From NCBI GenBank assembly GCA_905373475.1, contig CAJPTC010000013.1, positions 2,060 through 66,059 on the forward strand: a stretch of DNA of 64,000 nucleotides, written 5' to 3'. Both the position numbers and the translations under genes were made by a program. This DNA is from Bacteroidia bacterium (lineage in GTDB: Bacteria; Bacteroidota; Bacteroidia; Bacteroidales; CAJPTX01). Shown piece after piece: positions 10,301-17,500 of this stretch. How positions within the stretch are numbered: the stretch's first letter is position 1; every line of letters starts with the position of its first letter. Below the pieces are notes generated by a model that ran no database searches, had not been told where the DNA came from, and was given only the letters and a program-made list of their open reading frames with translations.

Positions 10301-10593
10301 CGGATGTTGAGGTAAAGGCAGTGTTTGAAAAGACTACTTCTGTGGAGGATGCAATGCTTGCTAACGTGTTAGTAGCGCCCAATCCGTTTACAACGCAGCT
10401 CTGTCTGGTATGCAACGGTGCAACAGGTCGTTATGTCTTACTCAATGCACATGGCATAGTAGTACGCAGTGGTAATGTGGATGGTAACGAGGCACTGATT
10501 GAAACAACCGATCTTACTTTTGGTCTTTACCTTTTGCGTCTTACTGCCGAAAATGGTACAACGAAGACAATAACAGTCGTAAAAGAGCGATAA
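1375..10593 (+). CDS. Giant (3,072 aa) multidomain subtilase-family (peptidase S8) surface protein with T9SS C-terminal sorting domain, paralog 1
   Basis: Single uninterrupted 9.2-kb ORF with signal peptide MRRGLLLLCFLSIGLLLHA|QEP. The S8 motifs appear in order: GIWDANVGDHVDYG (Asp241, nt 2095-2097), STHGMHTTGTILGSG (His266, nt 2170-2172), LTSNSYG (oxyanion Asn) and GTSMSCPTVTGHLALL (Ser441, nt 2695-2697). By-eye domain map, approximate nt: P-domain-like ~2940-3290 (LCWNDP..VNDLDL..NRVDNIEQV); FN3-like ~3550-3800; CARDB-like ~4380-4680 and ~5860-6190; LamG/ConA-like ~6235-6700 (WQHIAVT..VYVDGE..FRIWN); Big_2-like ~7480-7740; MBG-like ~7740-8000; CarboxypepD_reg-like ~8020-8240; Listeria-Bacteroides (InlB B-type) repeats ~8245-8680 and ~9185-9850 (WSDG..RTD..A.F); MAM/choice-of-anchor-J-like ~8680-9170; 2 x 82-aa module 9865-10330; T9SS CTD ~10340-10590 (VAPNPF..GLYLLRL..KTITVVKER). 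Confidence 0.9.
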   Translation: MRRGLLLLCFLSIGLLLHAQEPIRFGDREVYLEANVHAKVRGHKTSSLELGVPTGEKLNVLVQFGAEEIAYDALKQKGVELGDYLGSNAYYAQVSPGSRPSDFVGTGLRTVVPIRGEWKMTSSLLHGAPPDWASAGNKLKVTLSWFKSVSADRIKADLSKCGVEVGAISEILRNVDIVATREQILALAELEYVSLVRWIEPPLELENREGARLSAAASLRIPIALGGRGLTGKDVRVGIWDANVGDHVDYGVRVHRQEFEMGGSTHGMHTTGTILGSGLVNERGRGMAPEAEIWTNNFNTQSNKKKVAQEMLETYQKEHITLTSNSYGYRLIGLCNFDAYQNYTFLGNTDIDKLAALYPELTHVYSAGNSQGECGRSFSHATNYAKNIISVAALNALGGMTEFSSFGPLFDGRMFPIISARGEKVFSTVAGQGYALNSGTSMSCPTVTGHLALLTQRWMQLHGGAAPYNYFLKALIANTARDAGNPGPDYKFGFGILDAEAAVTTMENGWYKLSEMKIGETEQVATFKIPAGVKELRVMLCWNDPVADKDYAKGECPLVNDLDLSVSFGAQAYLPFTLDPSNPDADAVNTKPNRVDNIEQVVVKNPAAGDVVVKVSGAVKQGEKQSYALVWYCDYKTPEIFSPLPGDTYSPKEEIYLRAENVSPKVRVDLSSDGGKSFVTLGTFDRCAAVQLPDNIAPTDKAVLRLTDENGVSISTKGYFTILSQVHGVKLEAMSCSTSGWKLTWREAKGATQYEILRADINNATYKKIGESTTTEFLIPKEYVTNERNIYSVQAIAGEMRARRSVAVVSDKVMPTLLTEADLPFVETFIGFPLTHTEVETGENLALTMQDAIVELQLPFMSHHVVWQAKNEATDWQHPFQQRDNVGTLKVCSLDLSKVAKGTPLQFSTFMLMQKTKDNPKNGSLLRLLVNGEEVEDVLGRKQIVGDGSEHNLAWDLTRFAGQKISLTLETALQKDGNNAIIVYYQIFKKTTQPDVQIAWVNNPEVEAKAQMQEEIINFKIVNSSSLELNDVPVSIQVDGKVVYAKNIKQLKPFEDQIIEYLYNFASDIPHKFRVDVRADLQDDITPEDNTAHFEVYNLGNVIAMPEVSYIDFLGVPLPIVPRITKTLTGAIPFTDGRGTLAPYNTNEKAILKVLPSDPSHAVQVTFSDIKLAANDTLYVIAGDVDKELRVNRKMATSFLTGQMAARSFVSEARDGGITFMMFGHDDNPGEGWIGEFSELSMPDLWKMNSLREVAGADPNHVKLEAKVENLTTVSLPHVGLWITANAKTRRIEIPELKAKTETTFVIPEEIDKTAPVYIEIAAELAKDGDPSNNRRNLVIANDPIWNGGGTITNPKALYLSEVRLAGEGDTIQFPANTRITYMPQKKLKLYKSKNALQLVLSKAPTAAQAGAKLRVWVDLDANNDLGTTVPELVTAALEEGTKEYWVELDYTTLASLTAGERRFRFMLADDENYNKFISGKAMAWGSVADVTADIKGEPSPNDYEVALLSVEGVKSGRALSHATELKVKLKNNGLAQLSQVKLSYQINKNTPVTETLTTSIAPRTEGIVTFNTKADLSAIGKHKITVKLEEKDLNEKDNEVAKIVYKIAPKNTDKLFALNFEGSSEEGMLFPKVDKQIVNTATIEGWWKLDGTQFAQYISGEGIFLVAVAGYAQIPDNTLALVAGRYSQFTSTKPVVKPGQWQHIAVTLNQKKASPNDWSFTTTIEVYVDGEKIEMKREGRDGFFFKNFALNHPIKGQNAMFRIWNVIRTEDEIKANMSKTVRTGADLVLPSGCVGEYIYTEGQGKASEYGDDGVFTAIVSERENVWQPIKNTIANIEVEGQLIPVAYSSAEAQVTMPQDFADFANVKVKFTPDWPGTKIQFNGSDITEGQVFDFSNADHKLTFKATKSDLFGLTLQQEVTVKLVNDLSNACDIVKLSVLKNQNSGLKKDLVIPKPEETVNLEAQDESATSKLDITNVTLVVNEISPNAKLYKDDKEIAVGSDIKLDLSTSQTLRVEAQNKRDVKYYTIRMSMLQELTWSSEKITRPFTSEVLPLDATASSGLKVKYVSENPSVATIDAHGNLYTTAVGTTKIFAVQEGNMQYKAADKREREVEVTRVPLTVKMLPTTMAEGDTLPNFKFEYDGLQFAGTEYQFDTEYVVKMADGNVWNPTMPPLAIGEYTVVAKGYTEPYEFNNYTVTRTEGKLTVTNAEKARRVTLTVKDEQGAALKDVTVQCGQITQTTQDDGRVQFLLLPGKYTVMAQHEGYTTGQETFIVKGRSLQFDLQLRKLVYTLSYKADANGMIQGAKTQKVVAGGEGKQVVAVPQNLKYKFKQWSDGSTLAARTDKDVTNNVDVTATFEPVLYKLTYVIGKGGIKVSGDLEQVIQPGENGTPVEVKAAEGYIFMGWSDGLMSATRTDMNITQDIKLEARFFKAYLITWGEDFESGEECLSAWSFPTPNEGFGWTYSERLDIRENTGAETGHALLIDSDRDWAWNEETSAISPWMTLAGRVAGSKVVVSFARNYIQAETTDEAKAQYCFEDGEWHDGIELTPADDGSLMSFEIDDATLATHKFLRLRWYLTNPESMDALVAIDDIKVKYSPDPTDVVLRYIAGEHGKLQKEGSAEPEKVLEFTTTAGTLGTKVTAMPDAGYVFDKWSDDKTTENNRQDDAEVLVYASFKPAPKTLYTVSYSARANGELRGLLYQRVAVGEKSTPVVAVANEGYQFAQWSDGSKQNPRTDIVNEDGKLYEAEFSVKPPVYTLTYVAGEHGEVTGNLLQTVEAGNNGTEVIAIADDGYHFVKWDDGITTARRTETNVQASKVYAAQFEADVKTFAVTLKHDGEGELKITGIEESKLNAVPEGTELTAVATPAKGWKLKSLTAGTQDISADGKFTVTANVEVKAVFEKEGAPQPTTFAVTLKHDGEGELKITGIEESKLNAVPEGTELTAVATPAKGWKLKSLTAGTQDILSDGKFTVNADVEVKAVFEKTTSVEDAMLANVLVAPNPFTTQLCLVCNGATGRYVLLNAHGIVVRSGNVDGNEALIETTDLTFGLYLLRLTAENGTTKTITVVKER
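9865..10330 (+). repeat. In-frame tandem duplication (2 x 246 bp = 82 aa) inside giant gene 1
   Basis: FAVTLKHDGEGELKITGIEESKLNAVPEGTELTAVATPAKGWKLKSLTAGTQDI(S/L)(A/S)DGKFTV(T/N)A(N/D)VEVKAVFEK occurs twice, with copy starts at 9865 and 10111. The copies differ mostly at synonymous third positions. The same module is nearly identical at nucleotide level in genes 2 and 3. Confidence 0.9.
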
Positions 10594-10596
10594 TGA

Positions 10597-11308
10597 GGTT
10601 CGTAGGGGCGAGGTGCGCCTCGCCCGAATAGAAAACATTGATTTCGTCCAACGTTTTACATTGGGCTAAAAATACCCACCACCGCCATACGGCGGGGTTC
10701 AGTTTGAGCCCCTTAATGGGGCGAGTCTTTTTAGCACGGTGGTAAGACCCCGTGCGTATCTCGATACGCCAAGCGCTCATATTCGCCCAACGTCTCACAT
10801 TGGGCTAAAAATACTCACCGCTGCCATTCGGCGGGGTTCTACGCGCATAGCGATTATTTCACGGTGTGACGTGGCGGGCGAGGCATGCTTTGCCCCTACA
10901 GTCGCGCTGCTGGCGCGAATCCGCAATGCGACTTTGTTTTTCGCACTGAAAGTGCAATACAATCTAGCCCAAGGCAGCGCCTTGGGTTACGATACCACAA
11001 GACCGATGCGCCCTGTAGGGGTAGCACATTGAAGCCTAATGTTTTGCATGATGCCGCCCAACGTTTTACATTGGGCTAATGATACCCACCGCCGCCTTTG
11101 GCGGGGTTCTATGACGGCGTGCCAAGGCGCGCCGCTACACGTACCTTGCTTTGCGCATTATTGCCTGTACTTTTCGTCTTGAAAGGGTAACACATTGCAG
11201 CCTAATTTTCACATTGGGTAATAGTCCTCATCTCTGCCGTTTAATGGGGTTTCTATCACGCCGTGTCATGATACGACGTGAAATAGACCAACAGACTTAA
11301 AATTAGTG
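10597..11308. repeat. Patchwork of REP-like palindromic modules filling the gene1-gene2 spacer
   Basis: - GCCCAACGTTTYACATTGGGC hairpins at 10646-10666, 10785-10805, 11056-11076 and (degenerate) 11201-11219.
- CCGCC-loop-GGCGGGGTTCTA modules at 10682-10700, 10818-10840 and 11089-11110.
- ACGGCGTGCCAAGGCGCGCCGCTACACGTA at 11111-11140.
- Post-stop hairpin GGGCGAGG-TGCG-CCTCGCCC at 10606-10625, with an inverted copy at 10876-10900.
- Module TGAAAGTGCAATACAATCTAGCCCAAGGCAGCGCCTTGGG at 10947-10986, whose reverse complement recurs at 30396-30435. Confidence 0.75.
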
Positions 11309-11529
11309 TGTAGAGACGAGGCATGCTTTGTGCAGTTTCCTCGTGCAATTTATTCGTAGAAATGCAAACATCAAAAGATATTAATACTCTGATTTACAAC
11401 TACATTTTAAACCTCGAATACATAAATTTTTGCAGAAAAGCAATACGAATACCGAAAGATTTTACTTTTCTTTTGATAAAAGGCGCTAACTTAGTTAGCA
11501 TAGATATTAACTAATTGTATAGAGAACAG
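11309..11529 (+). promoter_or_regulatory. Conserved upstream/leader region of giant subtilase gene copy 2
   Basis: Near-identical to 20727-20932. It reads TGTAGAGACGAGGCATGCTTTGTGCAGTTTCCTCGTGCAATTTATTCGTAGAAA.GCAAAC ... TAATACTCTGATT ... AATACGAATACCGAAAGATTTTACT.TTCTTTTGA.AAAAGGCGCTAACTTAGTTAGCA ... TAACTAATTGTATAGAGAACAG-ATG. It contains an ACGAGG..CCTCGT inverted repeat. Confidence 0.5.
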
Positions 11530-14500
11530 ATGAGACGATCTTTACTTTTGTTACTCTTTTTGAGCATTGGTTTATTGCTTTATGCACAAGAGCCAGTTCG
11601 TTTTGGAGACCATGAGGTTTACCTAGAGGCGAATGTTCACCCACCACGGCGTAACTATAAGACATCTAGCTTGGAATTAGGCACGCCGGCGGGTGAGAAA
11701 CTCAATGTCTTGGTGCAGTTCAACACCGCTCCGATCTCCCAAGAGGCGCTTGCGAAAAAAGGTGTTGTGTTAGGCGATTATCTGGGAGGTAATGCTTACT
11801 ATGCTCAAGTAACCCCAGGTAGCCGTCCTAGCGATTTTGTGGGTACTGGGCTTCGTACGGTAGTGCCGATACGTTCAGAGTGGAAGGTGGTAACAGCGCT
11901 CTTACAACATAAGATACCAACTTGGGCACGTCAGAATGACAATATTCGTATGCGCCTCTCATGGTTCAATTCGGTTTCGTGGGAACAAGTAAAAATAGAA
12001 CTAGACCGTATTGGTGTTTCTTATCGTGCTAATTCGCTTTTTTTCAAAAATGTAGAAATAGAGGGTTCGTACGAACAGATATTAGCACTTGCCGAGTACG
12101 AGGGCATCGCTTTTATTCAATATTGTAAACCTCCTGAGGTGCTTTCCAACTATCATGGAGCTCGTTTGAGTGGTGGTTCTCTACTTAGTCGCCCTACGTC
12201 GTTATACGGTCGTGGTCTTACGGGTAAAAATGTTCGTATCGGGATTTGGGATGCTAACATAGGCGACCACGTGGATTATGGTACACGTGTACACAATATG
12301 GAGTTCGAAGATCCTATCATAGAAGCAGGCTCGCATGGGATGCATACGTCTGGTACTATTGTAGGAAGTGGTTTGTGCGATGAACGCGGACGCGGTCTTG
12401 CGCCTGCAGCACAACTTTGGGCATATAACTTTGGAAACGGTCTCAATGGTAAATCCTCGGCACTAGAGATGTATGAGACTTATATAAAAGAACACATCTC
12501 GCTTACTTCCAATTCGTATGGTTACGCACTTGCAGCCTTTTGCGAATACGAGTCTTTTTTTACCTACACAGAGCTTGCCAATATAGATGTTGACTACCTC
12601 GCTTATTATATACCAGACCTTACACATGTCTTTGCGGCAGGAAATGATCAAGACGAAACCAGATGTGCACTAGAATGGAGTCATGCTACTAACTATTCCA
12701 AAAATATAATCTCAGTTGGGGCGGTAAATACGGAAGGACGCATAACGAGTTTCTCTAGTTTTGGTCCACTCCGCGATGGACGTTTGTTTCCTATTATAAG
12801 TGCACGCGGCGAAGAGGTATATTCTACCATATATGGGCAGGCATATAAAGCAGAAGATGGAACTTCGATGGCTTGCCCGACTGTTACAGGACACCTAGCA
12901 TTGCTCTCCGAGCGCTGGATGCAGTTACACGGAGGTGCTGCACCTTATAATTATTACCTAAAAGCCTTGGTAGCTAACACGGCACAAGATGTTGGCAATC
13001 CTGGTCCCGACTACAAATACGGTTTTGGGATCTTGGATGCGGAAGCAGCAGTCGTTGCTTTGGAGAATAATTGGCATGCACTTAAAGCGTTAGAGCAGGG
13101 CGGAGCAGAACAAGAAATAAAAATAACAGTTCCTGATGGAGTAAAGGAGTTGCGTGTGGCTTTGTGCTGGAGCGATCCTGTAGTAAACAAGGAATACGCG
13201 TACGGTGAGTGTCCCATAGTCAACGACTTGGATTTAACACTCCATGCGCAAGGGAAAATGTACTATCCGTACACTCTAAACCCAGCAGAACCACATCTTC
13301 CTGCTGTTGCTACGCAACGAAACAAAGTGGACAACATCGAGCAAGTCCGCATACTTGCCCCCACCGCAGGAGAGTGCACAATTAAGGTGGGAGGAACAGT
13401 GCGACAAGGTGCAAAACAACCCTACGCCGTAGTTTGGTACTTTGACTACCAAAAGCCAGAAATTGTCTCTCCACAAATAGCCGATATCAATTCACCAGAT
13501 GAGGAGTTGTATCTCCATACGAAGAATATGATTGCTCCTCTTCGTGTCGAATTGTCTACGGATGGCGGCAAGAGCTACGAAGTTCTTGGTCAGTTTGCGA
13601 ATAATTCGGTGTTTACTCTTCCTAGTCCTATTGTAGCTACCAACAAGGCAAGTTTGCGTGTAATAGATGCGCAGGGGCTGATTGCAACTACAGCAGGCTA
13701 TTTTACCATAATGCCTCGGGTACAAGACTTGCAACTTACTAGTGCACCTTGTTCCACTTTGGGCTGGCAGTTAGCTTGGAATGCTGTCGACGAAGCTGCG
13801 AAATATAAAATACTCCGTGCTGACCTAGAGAAAGAAACCTACAACGAAATTGCAGAGGTGGAGGGTACGACTACTACTTACGCTTTACAGGACAATCAAG
13901 TGAGTGCAGCGCGCAATATGTATGCAGTGCAAGCTATAAGTGCAAGTGGGCTATGTGGTGCACGCAGTCGAGGGGTAATTACGAACCAACCGCAACCAAA
14001 GGTGCTTACCTTAACTGATTTGCCTTATACTGAAACGTTTGTCGGGTGGCCTATGCAGCACGTAGCTGTTATAACAGGGTCTAAACTAGAGTTCAGTGTA
14101 CAAGAACCACATCCGCGTTGGGGCTTCCCACTTAAGTCACAAATGATCGCTTGGGAAGGAAAGAGCGATGCGCCTGATTGGGATAAGCCTTTCGAGCAGC
14201 GCGACCATGTAGGCTCAATTTCTGCCTGTGGAATAGATTTGACAAACATTCCTCTTGGTACGCAGCTACAACTTGTCTCCTACTGTTTGCTAAAGAAACC
14301 TAAAGAGGACGGACAAGTAGGATCATTGCTTCGCGTTCTGGTGGACGGAAAAGAACTAGCAGATGAGCTTGGACGCGAAGTTATCGAGGGGGATGGCGAT
14401 GAGCATCGTATTGCATGGGATATAAGTAAATATGCGGGTGAGAAAATTGCACTGAACTTCGAAGCTGCCTTAGCGAGCGATGAGGACGGAGCAATTATAG

Positions 14501-17500
14501 CTTACTACCAAATTCTACAAAAGACCGACCGCCCCGATGTAGGTATCGCATGGGTAAATGACCCAAAGATTGATGACATGGCAGACATGCATGAGGAGAC
14601 TATTCGGTTCTCTGTGCAGAATTATTCAACGTGTGAGGTAAAAAATGTGCCTGTCTCGGTGCTTGTCGATGATAAGTTGGTTTATACCAATGTTTTTCAA
14701 ACATTAAAGCCCTTTGAAGGGCGGACTGTTTCGTATAAGCACGACTTTACGAGTCAAGAACCTCACAAGTTTAATGTGCGCGTCCGTGCTGAGATAAGTG
14801 GCGACATTGACCCAACGAACAACGAGAAAGAGTTTGAAGTTTACAATATTGGCAATGTCATCGCAATGCCCGAGGTGGTCTATTTTGAATTCTTCGGTCA
14901 GAGCATACGAAAAGTGCCTTATATCTCCCGAAAAATAAATGGTAAACAGCTTTTTGTAGACGGGCGAGGTGCACTCGAACCCTACAAAACCGATCAGGAA
15001 GGTGTATTGCAGATAGTGCCTACGGCATCGAACAGAATAGTGCAGGCTACCTTCCGAGAGTACGATTTGGCAGAAGGAGATACCTTGGCTATTTTCACGG
15101 GGAATGTGCCAACGAACTTAAAAGTAGCACCGCGTAACGCACGAATCAAGCTTACGGGGAAAAGTACAACTCCGCAAGTGTTTGTTTCTGAAGCCGACAA
15201 TGGTGGGCTTACATTCTGTTTTGTGGGTTACAATGAAAGAACTACAGCTGGTGGCTGGATTGCTGAAGTCCAAGAGTTTGAAGCCGAGAATCAGTGGAAA
15301 CTAGAGAGTCTCATAACAGTAGATGGCGAGGAGGTGAACTCCAAAAAGGTGCAAGCAACAATAGAAAATCTATTACCTGTAGATTTGTACAATGTGGGCT
15401 TATATGTTACTGTAAATGGCATGTTTGAGCGTTATACCATCCCAGTTCTGAAGGCTAGTAATCAAACTATTTATACGTTACCGCAACAGTTTAATACAAC
15501 GCCACCTGCACGATACGAAATTGTTGCACAATTGGTAAAAGATGGAGACGTGAGTGATAATGAGAAAAAACTCACTCTCGAATATGATCCGTTGTGGCAC
15601 AACGGAACGATAGCAGCTCCTGAAAAACTGTACATTGCTAGCCTCCGAACCGTAGATAGCAGTACAGTACAAATACAGTCGCAGGCGAAAGTAAATTATA
15701 TGCCTCAACATATTGTACCTCTCTATATGCAGAGCAATAATGTGGTGTGGCTTACGCTCTCGGGCAAACCAACAACGAACGAGCTACCATCGCAGCTCAG
15801 AGTTTGGATAGATGCCAACGACAACAATACTCTCGAAGATGCCGAACTTACAATGGTCGAAGTTGTTGCCAATAAATTGGAGTATCAGATTGCATTTAAC
15901 CTTTCAAATTTCCCAGAAATCAAGGTAGGGAAACATCGGATGCGTCTAATGCTTTCTACCGAAAGCGACTACCAGAAATTTGTAATAGGCGAAACAATTG
16001 TATGGGGGCATGTGGTAGATCTTACGGCAGACGTAAAAGATGGAAACAATCTATATGATTATGAGCTCTCGCTCGTCTCTCTCGTTGCTCCTGTGACAGG
16101 ACACTCTCTAACGGGGGCTGAAAAGGTAACAGTGCGTGTACGCAACAACGGTGTTGCCCCACAAAAGAATGTAGAGCTGGTGCTTACGGTTGATGAACAG
16201 GAAGTGGCTACTGAGAGCATCCCATGTGCACTTGCGGCTGTAGGTGGAGAGGCGGAGTTGTCTTTTTCCAAGCCAATAGATCTGAGTGCGCAGGGCAAAC
16301 ATCTGATAAGTGTAGCACTGAAAAACGCTGATAACAATACTAAGGACAACGAAATAAAAGAGCGCGTCTTTAATATTGCTCCGCAGACAAATACTATTTA
16401 TGGTCTCTCGTTTGTTGGCAATGAGCGCGAGGCAATAGAATTGCCACTGCAGGGGCACAATGTAGATAAGGAATGCACCATTGAGGGGTGGTGGTTGCTT
16501 AATAAACCACAGCGTTGCGAACTCGTAAATGAGGAGGGTATTTGGTTAGCATCGCTTGCTGGCAGTGACCAGTTCCCTGACAATACATTAGTCTTTATGG
16601 CGGGTAACAGCGGGCTACTGCTTAGCAAAACACCTGTACTCAAACCTGGGAAGTGGCAGCATATTGCTGTCTCCATGAAAGTTGCATACGGCTGGAGCGG
16701 CGAAATGACCACTCATCCTACAGTCTATATCGATGGCGAGCTTGTAGAAATGGAACGGTATGGCAATGGTATACTCTCTTTCAAAAACTTATTGCTAAAC
16801 GTCAAGTTTGATGGGCAACTTGCCATGTTCCGACTCTGGAACAAGGAACGTGGTTCAGCTGACCTCCTACAAAATATGACAAAAAGTGTACGTACCGCCG
16901 ATAACAAGTTACCGTCCGACTGTGTAGGTGAATATATTTTTACCGAAGGACAAGGTATAGCATCGGCTTATGGGCAAGGGCGTTATGCTGTAATTCATAG
17001 CCAACGTCCTGATGTTTGGAACCCCATTCAGCGTATTGTAGCAAGTGCACATATGGAAGGCGAGAAAGTGCCTCCGCAATATGTGGAGACCAACAAAATA
17101 AAGATTATAGTTCCCACCGATTTCACAGAGTTCGATAAGGTAAAAGTAACGTTCGATTTGGACTGGCTCGGTGCTACCGTCTCGCATAATGGAACAGTAG
17201 TACTTCCAGAAACGGAGTTAAATTTTGAAACGAGCTCCGATCATACATTACAATTCAAGGCGGAAAAGAAAGATTTCTTCGGTGCCACTCTGGTTCAAGA
17301 GTTCTCTATAAAATTGGAGAATGATGCATCTGGAGCTTGCGACTTGGTAGAACTCGCTATGCAAAAAGCGGACAATCCTGGACTGAAAGATGAAATACTT
17401 TTGACAAACTGCGATCAAACGCTTAAGCTGAATGTAAAACAGGAGGGTGTTACCCCAATAGATGTGCGTAACCTCAAATTGGTAGCTAAACAGCTATCGC

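Noticed and set aside
9865-10330. Diversity-generating retroelement (template/variable repeat) as an explanation for the near-identical modules
   Set aside because: No reverse transcriptase gene is present. Differences between copies are mostly synonymous transitions at third positions rather than adenine-specific changes.
9756-10415. Long antisense ORFs across the 3' repeat regions of the giant genes (9756-10415, 9697-10131, 19590-20318, 19963-20334, 29491-29943, all minus strand)
   Set aside because: They lie wholly inside strongly supported sense CDSs. They recur only because the underlying DNA is repeated. Their products are low-complexity (S/A/V/T/F-rich) mirror translations with no signal, start context or motif.
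10739-11079. ORFs within the spacers (10739-11032 +, 10885-11079 +, 10541-10798 -, 20526-20777 +, 20578-20799 +, 30422-30673 +, 1008-1412 -)
   Set aside because: They read through concatenated palindromic REP-like modules. Frames are not conserved between the homologous spacers, and the translations (for example PNVSHWAKNTHHRHTAGF) are typical artefacts of such repeats.
10597-11308. Possible CRISPR array, because of recurring ~20-30-nt palindromic repeats
   Set aside because: The repeats belong to several different types, are irregularly spaced and abut each other without unique spacers. Some are inverted, and no cas genes are present in the window.
11323-11514. 63-aa ORF upstream of giant gene 2 as a leader peptide or regulatory uORF
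   Set aside because: The equivalent frame is not open upstream of copies 1 and 3, although the DNA is conserved. The conservation is therefore at DNA/RNA level, not protein level.
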